DNA of 64,000 nt from Squalus acanthias. Taxonomy: Eukaryota. The position numbers and the translations under genes were made by a program. Of the stretch, positions 23,390 through 35,901 are shown one piece after another (positions within the stretch are counted from its first letter, which is position 1; the number at the start of each line of letters is the position of its first letter). The notes under the pieces are model-generated. The model searched no databases, was not told where the DNA came from, and worked only from the letters and a program-made list of their open reading frames with translations. The DNA lies in NCBI GenBank assembly GCA_030390025.1, contig CM059432.1, forward strand, positions 104,286,001 to 104,350,000, in the 5' to 3' direction.

Positions 23390-25479
23390 AGGAAACAATG
23401 GGTAATGGTCGATGGGTGTTTTTATGATTGAAAAGCTGTTTCTAGTGGGGTTCCGCAGGGCTCAATATTTGGTCCCTTGCTTTTATTGGTATATATCAAT
23501 GATTTAGACTTCAATGTGGGGGCATGATTAAGAAGTTTGCAGATGATACAAAAATTGGCCGTGTGGTTGATAGTGAGGAAGAAAGCTGTAGACTGCAGGA
23601 AGTTATCAATGGACTGGTCAGGTGGGCAGAAAAGTGGCAAATGGAATTCAATCCAGAGAAGTGTCAGGTAATGCATTTGGGGAGGGCTAACAAGGCAAGG
23701 GAATATACAATAAATGGTAGGATACTGAGAAGTGTAGAGGAACAGAGGGACCTTGGAGTGCATGTCCACAGATCCCTGAAGGTAGCAGGGCAGGTAGATA
23801 AAGTGGTTACTGTTCTGGTCACCTCACGACAGGAAAGATGTGATTGCACTAGAGGGTAAAGAGGAAATTTATGAGGATGTTGCCACAACTGGAGAATTTT
23901 AGCTATGAGGAAAGATTAGATAGGCTGGGGTTGTTTTCTTTGGAAGAGGAGGCTGAGGGGAGACTTAATTGAGGTGTATAAAAGTATGAGGGGCCTAGAT
24001 AGAGTGGATAGGAAGCACCTATTTCCCTTAGCAGAGAGGTCAATAACCAGAGGCTATAGATTTAAAGTAATTGGTAGAAGGATTAGATGGGAGTTGAGGA
24101 GAAATGTTTTCACCCAGAGGGCGTTTGGGGTCTGGAACGCACTGCCTGAAATGGTGGTAGAGGCAGAAACCCTCATCACATTTAAAAAGAACTTGGATAT
24201 GCACTTGAAGTGCCGTAACCTACAGGGCTACGGACCAAGAGCTGGAAAGTGGGATTAGGCTGGATAGCTCTTTTTCGGCCAGCACAGACATGATGGGCTG
24301 AATTGCCTCCTTCTGTGCCGTAAATTTCTATGATTCTATGTTGTTTTGTGCATCCACAATGCACTCCGGTCTCCACCGGTCTCGGAAGCCATTAACTTGC
24401 AGTTTTAAAGTAAAAGTTTTAAAGCAAGAAAAATATGCTCAATTACAGCTTGACAAAAACACACTATCTGTACTATTTAACACACTGACAAATTCCCAGT
24501 TGCCACTGTGTTTAGCAAGCCACTGCATTTAGTAGATTCTCCCAGCTCTGTGCACACCCGTGTACATACCAGTGTATAGTAATGTACAACATACCATGTG
24601 CATACAATATAAATTTACTCAACCTGATATGTAAATGAATGTAAAATATTTTCTTTTACGCGGAAAGTTATAACAAAAAGGAACTGGATGGCATAGCAGA
24701 CAGCATACTTGTCTTTCATCTCTTGGACCTGACTTGGAATTCACCCAGACTGATACCCTGAAAATCTCTGCTGACCGTAAAGGTCCTACATGAAATGAGT
24801 TTGCGAAGTCTGAACCCATTTCTTCATGATCCCACAGCACAAATCTGACTCTAATATGTGACACTAAATTGCCAATCTAAGAGGTTATAAATTCGGTGTT
24901 GTGTGACAGGGAAACCATCACACTGTTGCAGTAGGGGGTGCACTTCTGAGATTGCAAAGATTAGAGGGCACTTTAGTCTGCCTATGACTGCAGTGCAGTT
25001 TGGGTTCTCAAATAAGAATGGCAAATTACCCAATGCTGACGTTCCTTGCTTCCATTCAGAATTCACAGAAAGAGGGAGGGAGGTGATTTGTTTTAAACTA
25101 GGAAGTGCAAACAAAGAGCGCAAACTATACTTTATACGTTGATCGAGGTCTACGCTGTACTTTGAAGTTTCCTTTGTGTGCTGCTCGCCGTACTGGTTAT
25201 TCTCTGCATCATGAGCTTTGTGCCAGGTAAAGTTTGCATTGTTTAGTGAATCTTAGTGAATATTGTGCTGAACTTTTTTTTTCATCCTTAGGTGTATTAT
25301 TTGCCTTACCCTGCCCTTGTACAATATGCGGAATTATCCCGTGCCCCCACCCAACCCAACTCAACCAACCAGTGTATTACAATTGGGGCAAGTGCCCTGC
25401 GACAAATTCAACGAATTTCGGGACTTTTGTGGTGTGTAGCGTGATTCGCTGCCCAACCACCGCGATTTTGCATAAAAGG

Positions 25480-26230
25480 TCCCGGGCGGGTGGCTGGGTA
25501 GTGAAAATGCCTAGTTGCCTAGCCAAAGGCAAATTGGTGGCTCTGTGGTTCCAATGCTCTGTGCGCCCCGGGGTGCGCCTCTGCCGGTGACGTCAGGCGC
25601 AGACAGCTGCTGGTCGGGGGGCTGGCGGCTCCTCGCTCGCTCGCGCCCCTCTTCAGTTGGTGCGGGAGGCAGGCAGGCCGGCCGGCCGCGGCCCTCCACA
25701 AACAGACATGTTCGCCTGCGTGCGCTTCCTACAGGGCCAAGTGCATCACATCGTGCCCGTCTCTCACATGAAAAATTTCCACCCGACCTCCAAGTGCGAT
25801 TTCAACAAGAAACAAGTTTACCGGCTGGTGCTGCCGGGAGTGGGACTGGGACCGGGTCCGGGCTCAGGGCCCGGGTCGGGAGAGCCGGAAATAGGCGCCG
25901 TTACCAAGCGGGGCCACTGCCGGAAGGCCCAGATCCTTGCTCTGGGAGGTAGGTACTAAGCCAGGCCGGTGAGGAGGAGGGAGATGAGGGAATGCTCGGT
26001 GTTAGCAGGTGGGGCTGAGCTCCGACCGTCCCCTCCTCTGTGTGTAAGGCTGGTGGTTGTTTGGAGAGTTCCCCCCGCCCCCCGAAATAGCCACAATTGG
26101 TTGAAACACGTGGCACCACTCTCTTTCCCCCCCCCCTCCAGATATGGGGAGGGAGGGGGAGCAGTCTCTTTTTTTCTTCCCCCATCCCGCGGTGGGCAGC
26201 AGCTATTCATTGTTTTTGTTCCGGCCGACA
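25480..26230 (+). promoter_or_regulatory. CpG-island promoter of the BEND5-like gene with full CRE (TGACGTCA 25588-25595) and CCAAT boxes (25533, 25551)
   Basis: CpG-rich stretch around ATG 25708; motifs read directly. Confidence 0.7.
25708..25948 (+). CDS. BEND5: BEND5-like protein, coding exon 1
   Basis: MFACVRFLQGQVHHIVPVSHMKNFHPTSKCDFNKKQVY...KAQILALG resembles the BEND5 N-terminus as I recall it (MYAFVRFLEDNV...DFDNQKVY...KAQILALA); donor GAG|GTAGGT, phase 1. Orthology versus paralogy unresolved. Confidence 0.88.
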
Positions 26231-26691
26231 CTTCCTTTAGTGTCTTCGAACTCTTTTATCTCCCGCCCCTTTATTTTTCATCTCGGTGCAGAGAAATTTC
26301 CATATTATTATATATTATTTTCTATTTTCAGCACGTAATTACTGCTTTCTGACGGGGAGACGCTAGTATATGTATAGTTTAACGACTACAGTTGCATTTT
26401 GAAGATTGCATTGCAGTTCTTAACCATAAGAATGTGAACACACCTTGCCACTTTTTTAAGTCAACATTATTATAGTAAGGGAAATGCCTGCTTATTGAAG
26501 CCTGCTGAGGAACTGGTGTGGAAAAATGTTTTAAACGTGTTTCCAAATTTCTCAGTTTCTGAAGTGCGAGGGTTACTTCCATGGGCTTTTGCAACCTTCC
26601 AGTAACTTGACCAAGTGGCAAATCTACATGTGTGAATCTAAAATGAGAAGTAGCACAACACCAGGTTATAGTCCAACAGTTTTATTTGAAA

Positions 26692-26728
26692 TCACGAGCT
26701 TTTGGAGCGCTGCTCCTTCGTCAGGTAA
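26692..26728 (-). ncRNA. Hammerhead (family A), core mutated (GAAA to AAAA)
   Basis: - strand TTAC CTGACGA A GGAGC AGC GCTCC AAAA GC TC GTGA. Confidence 0.6.
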
Positions 26729-29470
26729 AGTGAAGGAATACAAATCAGCAAAGCATATATAGACAGAGAACAATGTGTAGCGTACAATGTCAGACGACTA
26801 CAGTAAATCTTACTGACTGCCCTCCATCACACCTCGGCAGAGATACAGTCAGGAAGGCATTACATCAAAGACACCGCAAAATACAGCTAAGACAATGAGG
26901 TGGGGTCACAGGGGGTCCAACGTGTCAAATGCTGCAGTCTGTATGGTTAAGCTTTTTACTTTTTTTAAAAACTGGAAATCACATCTGTGAACAAGCCAAT
27001 GACGACTTGAGTTTGGATGACCTACGTCATGTAGCGTGACATGAAACCAAGATCCCGGTTGAGGCCGTCCTCATGGGTGCGGAACTTGGCTATCAGTTTC
27101 TGCTCGATGATTTTGCGTTGTCGTGTGTCTCGAAGGCCGCCTTGGAGAACGCTTACCCGCAGATCGGAGGCTGAATGTCCTTGACTGCTGAAGTGTTCCC
27201 CGACTGGGAGGTAACAATCCTGCCTGGCTATTGTTGCGCGGTGTCCGTTCATACGTTGTCGCAGCGTCTGCATGGTCTCGCCGATGTACCATGCTCCGGG
27301 GCATCCTTTCCTGCAACGTATGAGGTAGACAACGTTGGCTGAGTCACATGAGTATGTGCCATGTGCCCGGTGGGTAGTGTCCTCACGTGTGATGATATCT
27401 GTTGATGATCTGGCATATCTTGCAGAGGTTGCCGTGGAAGGGTTGTGTGGTGTCGTGGCCGCTGTTCTCCTGACAGCTCGGTAATTTGCTGTGAACGGTG
27501 GTACTTTTGCGGTTAGGCGGCTGCTTGAAGACGAGTAGTGGAGGCGTGGGGATGGCCTTAGCGAGGTGTTCGTCGTCATCGATGACATGTTGAAGGCTGC
27601 GAAGAACATGGCGTAGTTTCTCCGCTCCGGGGAAGTACTGGACGACGTAGGGTACTCTGTTGGTTGTGACCCGTGTTCGCCTTCTGAGGCGGTCTATGCG
27701 ATTTTTCGCTGTGGCCCGTCGGAACTGTCAATTGACGAGTCAAGCGTCATATCCCGTTCTTACGAGGGCGTCTTTCAGCGTCCGTAGGTGTCCATCGCGT
27801 TCCTCCTCGTCTGAGCAGATCCTGTGTATTCGCAGGGCTTGCCCATAGGGGATGGCTTCTTTAACGTGGTTAGGGTGGAAGCTGGAGAAGTGGAGCATCG
27901 TGAGGTTGTCCGTGGGCTTGCGGTAGAGTGAAGTGCTGAGGTGTCCGTCTTTGATAGAGATTTGTGTGTCCAAGAATGAAACTGATTCTGAGGAGTAGTC
28001 CATGGTGAGTTTGATGGTGGGATGGAACCTGTTGATATATCGTGTAGTCCTTTCAGTGATCCTTCGCCGTGGGTCCAAAGGAAGAAAATGTCGTCGATGT
28101 ATCTGGTGTACAGCGTTGGTTGGAGGTCCCGTGCAGCGAAGAAGTCTTGCTCGAACTTGTGCATGAAGATGTTGGCGTATGGACTACTCCTCAGAATCGG
28201 TTTCATTCTTGGACACACGAATCTCCATCAAAGACGGACACCTCAGCACTTCACTCTACCGCAAGCCCACGGACAACCTCACGATGCTCCACTTCTCCAG
28301 CTTCCACCCTAACCACGTTAAAAAAGCCATCCCCTATGGACAAGCCCTGTGAATACACAGGATCTGCTCAGACAAGGAGGAACGCGATGGACACCTACAG
28401 ACGCTGAAAGACGCCCTCGTATGAACGGGATATGACGCTCGACTTGTCGATCGACAGTTCCGACGGGCCACAGCGAAAAATCGCATAGACCTCCTCAGAA
28501 GGCGAACACTGGACACAACCAACAGAGTACCCTACGTCGTCCAGTACTTCCCCGGAGCGGAGAAACTACGCCATGTTCTTCGCAGCCTTCAACATGTCAT
28601 CGATGACGACGAACACCTCGCTAAGGCCATCCCCACGCCTCCACTACTCGCCTTCAAGCAGCCGCCTAACCTCAAAAGTACCATCGTTCACAGCAAATTA
28701 CCCAGCTATCAGGAGAACAGCGACCACGACACCACACAACCCTTCCACGGCAACCTCTGCAAGACATGCCAGATCATCAACACAGATACCATCATCACAC
28801 GTGAGGACACTACCCACCAGGTACATGGCACATACTCATGTGACTCGGCCAACGTTGTCTACCTCATACGTTGCAGGAAAGGATGCCCCGGAGCATGGTA
28901 CATCGGCGAGACCATGCAGACACTGAGACAACGTATGAACGGACACTGCGCAACAATTGCCAGGCAGGATTGTTCCCTCCCAGTCGGGGAACACTTCAGC
29001 AGTCAAGGACATTCAGCCTCGGATCTGCGGGTAAGCGTTCTCCAAGGCGGCCTTCGCGACACACGACAACGCAAAATCATCGAGCAGAAACTGATAGCCA
29101 AGTTCCGCACCCATGAGGATGGCCTCAACCGGGATCTTAGTTTCATGTCACACTACATGACGTAGAGTCATCCAGACCCGAGTCGTCGTTGGCTTGTTCA
29201 CAGATGTGATTTCTAGTTTTTTTTAAAAAGTAAAAAGCTTAACCATAGAGACTGCAGTATTTGACACGTTGGACCCCCTGTGATCCCACCTCATTGTCTT
29301 AGCTGTATTTTGCTGTGTCTTTGATGTAATGCCTTCCTGACTGACCTGATTGTATCTCTGCCGAGGTGTGATGGAGGGCAGTCAGTAAGATTTACTGTAG
29401 CCGTCTGACATTGTATGCTACACATTGTTCTCTGTCTATATATGCTTTGCTGATTTGTATTCCTTCACTT

Positions 29471-29507
29471 TTACCTGACGAAGGAGCAGCGCTCCGAAAG
29501 CTCATGA
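29471..29507 (+). ncRNA. Hammerhead (family A), intact core, stem I mismatch
   Basis: TTAC CTGACGA A GGAGC AGC GCTCC GAAA GC TC ATGA. Confidence 0.65.
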
Positions 29508-29775
29508 TTTCAAATAAAACTGTTGGACTATAACCTGGTGTTGTGCGACTTCTCATTTTTGTCCACCCCAGTCCAACACCGGCATCTCCGCATCATGTGT
29601 GAATCTAGATAGTAAGTGTTACTATCCTATTCTGTCCAACATCACCCATCCTGACATCAGGTAATTGTCGCTTTGTAAATCTGCTCCTTAAGGTGTAAGA
29701 TGTGCACATCTACCCCTGTTTAAAGATGTGTTTCATCCACCAAGCCACTGTTGATTCAAGGCACCCGATTTGGAC

Positions 29776-30135
29776 CATAAAAACAGAAAATGCTGGAAAT
29801 ACTCAGCAGGTCAGGCAACATCTGTGGAGAGAGAGAAACTGAGGTAACGTTTCAGGTCGATGATATTTCATCAGAACTGTAAAAAGTTAGAAATGTAACA
29901 GGTTTTAAGCAAGTACAGAGACAGGGAAAGGAGGCAGGGGGTGAAAGAATAAAAGGAAAGGTCTGTGATCGGGTGGCAGGCAGTAGAGATTAAATGACAA
30001 AAGGGATGATGGTGCAAGGTGAAAGGAGATGGTAATAGGATATGTAAAGAAACAAAAGATGGGTCTAGAGGAGGTGTAAATGGAAATATCAGAATCATCA
30101 GCAACAGCTGCTGTCCGAAAAAGTGGAGGCAGAGG
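29776..30135 (-). mobile_element. PLE family B 3' fragment with degraded hammerhead (29842-29878)
   Basis: Collinear with 63041-63400; candidate 7-bp TSD tttggac at 29769-29775 and 30136-30142. Confidence 0.8.
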
Positions 30136-31579
30136 TTTGGACAAAATGTGTGAATCTAGATACTAAGTAGTAAGTGTTACTAAGCAGAGGTTTGCGGAAT
30201 AGCCCCCATTTGGACAGTTCATTTAAGGTCCTAAATGTCACTCCAGATGGCGTACTAAGTGGCAAGAACAAGGTTCAAACATAGCCAATGCCTATTTAGT
30301 GACATCCAACAATCCAGCCCCCTGGTTTTGACTTTCCTCTCTGGATAACACTCAATTGCTTCAGATGTGCTATGAATGACTAAGTGAGGCCTTCGTGAAT
30401 CCTTTGCTACTGTGGGCAGTTAGAAGACGTAGGCCACAGACTTGCCACACCCATCGCCATGGGCTACTTGATTACCGGATGGACTTGCATAATATAGTTC
30501 ACTCGGCTGTTGAACGGTTAGAGCACTTTGACTAACGTACATGTCTTGACAGTTTATGTAAAAATGCAATCTCAATTTAAAAAAATAAATAAATAGGCTA
30601 TTTGACCATATAGGACCAGTCTTGTTTTCATCTGGCATCTGTGCTTGTGCACTTCCCAACAGAGACTGTTGGATACTGTTCAGGGGAAGGAACACTGGCT
30701 AACTTTTTCCTGTTCCTGTTCCTAATCCTAACCCTGGGGAGCTGGGTTCCCAACTACAACCATAGTTGAGATAAAGAAATTAGGACAGATTGTGAATTGA
30801 ATTTGGGACCTTCTAGTCTTTATGGTTGTTTCATTGAATGGTGCTTTGCTATTGGATCATTGGGGGACCTCTTATAGAAAAGACTAAGTGATTCTCTAGT
30901 TCTATTCCTGAGCTTTTGTAGAATATTTAGCAGAGACTTGATTTCCTTCCAGCGACTTGCTATTCATATCAATATATTTCCAGTTGGCTATGATTAGGTT
31001 AAAACGGAAGTGAGAGAACCAGCATAGTCATTTATACCATTGACTGAGCGTAGAGGTTCAGACTGATTGACCATGTAGGGATTCAATCAATTTAATGCCA
31101 TATCTCTAATATTGTTTGGTGCTCTTTGTGTCTCAAGTCTATCAACAACCCCCACCTCTTAACATTGCCTTCACTTTTGTATGATAGGATTGCCTCCAAC
31201 AACAAGAGCACCATTGGTACAACTGTACAGTATAAACAACCCAATGTTCTTGTCATTGGAGGCAGCAAAACCCTTGTGTAATTGGTTTTCAGCCGTTGCA
31301 TCCCACTAAAGGTTGTAGTGAAACTATAGCACGTGCAAGATCTCTCTAGTTTTTTTACACATTGCTGAGCTATATAGATTCTTCCCGAGTGGAGAAAGTT
31401 CACTGCCAAATTAACAAAGTTGCAAAAGAATTTGACACTTTGGAGAAAGTGTACGTACACTACTTGAGCAGATGCTTTCAATCTTGATGGTGATGTGCAC
31501 CGTGGGCCTTGTGCTTTCCCCTGGATTTCTCAATTTACAAAAATTCTCTTTGATTCTCAACACAGCAATTTATTTTCCT

Positions 31580-31930
31580 GTGAATTTTCTCTCCTCTCCT
31601 AAAAGAGAACTAGTTGCTAGAACTTGGCTCTGCAGATGCTTGTAACCCTCTTGTACCTTCCCAAGTGGCTATTCTTCATTTGTAAGCCTGGACCCTGAAT
31701 GTCGTCAGACTATTTGATCGTGGATGAGTCTGATCTCATCTTCAATTGATGTCCATACATGTACTGCCAGAGGAGGTCATTGGAGTGAACACTTTTTTTC
31801 CCCTTTCCCTAGCTCCGTGTTGCTGAGGCCAATTTTAGCACCCCTACCACTACTTCAGCTGAGATTAGTTAACCTAACACACACTGAGGATTGAACTAGG
31901 GATGTTATCTACTCACTGCCTTCATCTAAA
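31580..31930 (-). mobile_element. AmnSINE2-like ancient SINE
   Basis: ccaagtggctattcttcatttgtaagcctggac...gctgaggccaattttagcacccctacc...agctgagattagttaac. Confidence 0.6.
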
Positions 31931-32954
31931 TTGTCAGAGGAGCTCAGTGATTTCTTGATGTCAATCTGGAGAGGTGTTAAGTGATGACTAGGGTCTTCTC
32001 CACAGATACCAAAGCCAAATCAGAAGACATTTTTTAAATACTTAAACATTCTTGTGCAGTTCATTGTGGTTAGTTACAGAGCAGGATTACCAAGTTTTCT
32101 GCCTTTTTCTATATATCTGTATATATCTATATCTGAGGAAGACTATAAAATTAAGTTTTACATTGCAGATGTCACATTAAGTTGACACATAATCTGGAGC
32201 AATCTCAGTCCAATTTGCTTTAATTAAATTTATGTGCGATCAATAGGGCATGGTTTTGTGCTGCTTCAAGTGGATATTCTCCGTGTGTGCTTACGCAATA
32301 TGCGTCAGGCTGGTTAACGTTGGAGATTATCGCAACTGAGCTTGTCTTTTCCCAGAGAACATAGCCCACTGTGGGTGTACACCAGTGGAGGATATGAAAG
32401 TTTTCCAGGGAACCTATTAGTCCTGTAGTATTTAAAAATATATATATATAGTTCTACAATAATAGTTCCATTATTTTCAAATTCAGCTTAGCTGTTTTAA
32501 TTTTTATAGTCCAAATTAATTCCTTATCATTTAGAAGGCATTGGCTTCTTGCTGGAGTATGGTTCCATTTATGCTAGTCACTCTCAGACCTTGTCCAGGG
32601 AGGTATTTTACATCCATGAAAGTTATCCTAGTAGCCTGTAAGAAGAAAAATGCTGCAATAATGGGAGATCTTCAGTTGCATATAGATTCCAAGAGAAATA
32701 CCAGTGCAAATAGGGAAGGAAATAGATTTATTGATTCAAGCTATCAAAACAGTAATACAGTGCTTGACGTACACAATGCTTACTTTGTAAATAATAAAAC
32801 GCCCAAACTCTTGAGACTTTTCAGAATCTTTTAACTGAAACTTTTGGTGAACCTAGCTTCTTCAATCCATAGACTCCCATTTTATTCCTACAATGTGTAA
32901 GCACACAGTCAAGTTTTCTACTGAATAGGGAAAGTCCGCACCAGTTTTACTAAG

Positions 32955-34655
32955 AACATAAGAAATCGGAGCAGGAGTAGGCCATTCGGCCCCTCGAGCC
33001 TGCTCCGCCATTCAATACGATCATGGCTGATCTTCTACCTCATCTCCACTTTTCTGCACTATCCGCATATCCCTTGATTCCCTTAACATTCAAAAATCTA
33101 TCGCTCTCTGTCTTGAATATACTCAATGACCTGAGCCTCCACAGCCCTCTGGGGTAGAGAATTCCAAAGATTTACCATCCTCTGAGTGAAGGAATGTCTC
33201 CTCATCTCAGTCCTAAATGGCCGACCCCTTATTCTGAGACTGTGATCCCTGGTTCTAGACTCCCCAGCCAGGGGAAACAAAAATCCCTGCATCTACCCTG
33301 TCAAGCCCTGTAAGAATTTTGTATGTTTCAATGAGATCACCTCTCATTCTTCTAAACTCCAGAGAATCTAGGCCTAGTCTACTCAATCTGTCCTCGTAGG
33401 ACAATCACCCCATCCCAGGAATCAGTCTGCTGAACCTTCGTTGCACTCCCTCTGTGGCAAGTATATCCTTCCTTAGGTAAGGAAACCAAAACTGTACACA
33501 ATGGGTTGTAATTTGCAGCCCCTACGTTCCACATCCCCGGGAAAAGGGCATCCGCGGGCGGAGAGTTGCGCTATTTGCCCAACCTCTGCACAGCGAATAC
33601 CCGTGAAATTCTTACGCTTGGTAAAAGCAGGTGTAAGGCCTGTTTTTACCAGCGTAAGAGATTTAAAAAAAGAAAAATAAAATTTTACTAATTTATACAT
33701 TTTAAAAACGTGAAATAAATTAAGTTTATTTTTAGCCCCTTAAAAACATGTAAATTTATTTCAAAAAATTTAATTTTTGTTTTAAATATTTAAATAAATG
33801 CCATTTTAATTCATTTTAAATATGTAATTTTTTTTATTTATTTGAAGTGTAGAGGTATTTTTTGGGGTATTCCCATTGATACTTAGGGAGTTTCTGTACA
33901 TACGGAATCCCCATAAGCATGAATGGTGATTCCCTTCTGTCACTTGTTGGGCTGACCCACGTGATCCCGGGGGTGCTTGCGAACCGCCTGCGCCCCTGGG
34001 ATACGTGGGCCTCTTCCCGTGTGTGTACCCGGAGAGGCCCAGGACCACGAATCTCTGTACCTCCCAGACCACCAGGAACGCAAGCATTTTATTTGCGGAT
34101 CAGAAGCATTTCCCTGCAGGAAGCCTCTGACCGCAAATTCAGGGTCAATACACCAAGTGTGGTTTCACCAGGGCCCTATATAATTGCAGTAAGATGTCTT
34201 TACTCTTGTACTCAAATCCTCTTGTAATAAAGGCCAACATACCATTTGTTTTCCTAATTGCTTGCTGTACCTGCATGTTAACTTTCAGTGATTCATGTAC
34301 AAGGACACCCAGGTCCCTCTGAATGTCAACATTTCCCAATCTCTCACCATTTAAAAAAAAAAATACAGTGCTTTTCTATTTTCCTACCAAAGTGGATAAC
34401 TTCACATTTCTCCATTATATTCCATTTGCCATGTTCTTGCCCACTTACTTAGCCTGTCTATATCCCCTTGAAGCCTCCTTGCATCCTCCTCACAACTTAC
34501 ATTCCCACCCAGCTTTGTATCATCAGCAAATTTGGATATATTACATTTGGTCCCCTCATCCAAATCATTGATGTAGATTGTGAATAGCTGAGGCCCAAGC
34601 ACTGTTCCTTGCGGTACCCCACTAGTTACAACTGCCAACCTGAAAATGACCAGTT
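32955..34655 (-). mobile_element. CR1 LINE 3' part interrupted by a MITE
   Basis: Tail at 32955; ORFs 33098-33292, 34145-34339 and 34402-34638 (GVPQGTVLGP, KFADD). Confidence 0.9.
33503..34146. mobile_element. Harbinger-type MITE with 3-bp TSD
   Basis: TIRs gggttgtaatttgc / gcaaattcagggtc; AAT at 33500-02 and 34147-49; removing it restores CR1 actgtacacaatacaccaagtgtgg. Confidence 0.8.
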
Positions 34656-34908
34656 TATTCTTACTGTTTTACTCTAAGTATTCTTTTGACAGCCCACATC
34701 AAGACAACTCTTTATTAGGTAATTGTGCCATTAATCAATTTTACCATTCAGGTAGGTCTTGGACTTCTTGACTTTCAGTTGGTGGATTATTTTTTTGCCG
34801 TGTGACTTGTATATCAACTACCTTGATTCTTTTCAAACAGATAACTGGGCATCATAAATGTATAGCACTGGTAATTTTCCGCAATAGGACAATTGAGAGA
34901 TATATATT

Positions 34909-35013
34909 CTCCGAAAGCTTGTGATTTCAAATAAAACTGTTGGACTATAACCTGATGTTGTGCGACTTCTCACATTTGTCCACCCCAGTCCAACACCGGC
35001 ATCTCCACATCAT
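34909..35013 (+). mobile_element. PLE family A 3' terminal fragment (half hammerhead)
   Basis: ctccgaaagcttgtgatttcaaataaaactgttggactataacctg...catctccacatcat matches 23287-23389. Confidence 0.85.
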
Positions 35014-35761
35014 GGCCCAGAAATTAGACTTCGATGGTTGCCGCGGGGGTAAGGATCCGGCGCGATCTTACCTACCACGCCTGCCTTTATGGTACGGGCC
35101 CACACAAACTTCTGGTCCTGGGCGCCTCCCTGGTGCCGGCGCGCAGTGTGTGCGTGTCCCAGAGGCGCAGTTAGTTCGATGCGACCTCTGGGATCACGTG
35201 GGCCAGTTAGAGCTAATGGCAGCACACCATCTTTCATTCATAGTTTTGACAGGAAGAGCTGTCAAAACTATGAATACAACTTGCCCCCAAAAGAACAGCT
35301 AAACCTCAATTAAATTAAAAAAAAAAGCCATCACATTAATAAAATAACTATAGTTAAATAAATTAACCACTTTAAACAAAAATTTAAATTCTTTTTAAAA
35401 GTTATAAAAATAAACTTACCTTTCTTTAAAGTCTCTAAAAAAGATAAACCTGTTGAAAAAAATTTAAAATAATACTTAATTAACTACTTACCTTGTTAAA
35501 AGGGGGTCTTACGTCTCCTTTTTTCATGTGTAAAATCTTCCATACTTACCCTCACGTTCAAACCTGAAAAAAAACCTAAGTGTGCTGCGTGCGCACAGCC
35601 TGTAGTGCGCACGCGGTTCACTTAGGAACCGCCCCCTTCGCAATATCGGAAGTGCCGGTTTCCTGCGCATGCACAGTGCATGCAGGAAACCGGCACTTCG
35701 GGACCGAATACGGGTGAGTACACAGTGCGTACTCTCCCATATTTGGCCGAATTTCTGGGCC
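35014..35761. mobile_element. Harbinger-type MITE with 12-bp perfect TIR and 3-bp TSD
   Basis: ggcccagaaatt / aatttctgggcc; CAT at 35011-13 and 35762-64. Confidence 0.85.
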
Positions 35762-35864
35762 CATGTATCCTATCACTGACCATCCCTTTTGTTCTTTCAT
35801 CCCCTCCCCCTTTCCCCAGCCCTAAACTTGCTCTAAAATCTATTTCATTTCCTGCTTTTTTTCC

Positions 35865-35901
35865 AGTTCTGATAAAAGGTCTTCGACCTGAAACGTTAAT
35901 T
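35865..35901 (+). ncRNA. Hammerhead (family B), core variant CUGAUAA, in PLE tail ~35766-35962
   Basis: AGTT CTGATAA A AGGTC TTC GACCT GAAA CG TT AATT. Confidence 0.6.

Larger units (their letters stand above)
22273..24340 (+). mobile_element. CR1 LINE 3' half (RT to tail) interrupted by a PLE
   Basis: ORFs 22420-22842, 23524-23859 (KFADDTKIG) and 23974-24258; tail ...tttctatgattctatg. Confidence 0.9.
26641..29593. mobile_element. Palindromic Penelope-like element (family A): - strand copy 26641-28180 fused to + strand copy 28179-29593, 14-bp TSD
   Basis: RT motifs YANIFM and YTRYIDDIFFLW, SFLDT, LYRKPTD, GIY-YIG (NVVYLIRC...WYIGET); TSD catgtgtgaatcta at 26627-26640 and 29594-29607. Confidence 0.95.

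Noticed and set aside
25130..25232. Possible upstream non-coding exon of the BEND5-like gene (CAG|GTAAAG at ~25226)
   Set aside because: Donor motif only; no matching acceptor before ATG 25708 and no other support.
31092..31481. 129-aa - strand ORF
   Set aside because: No recognisable motif, non-ATG start and no splice support.
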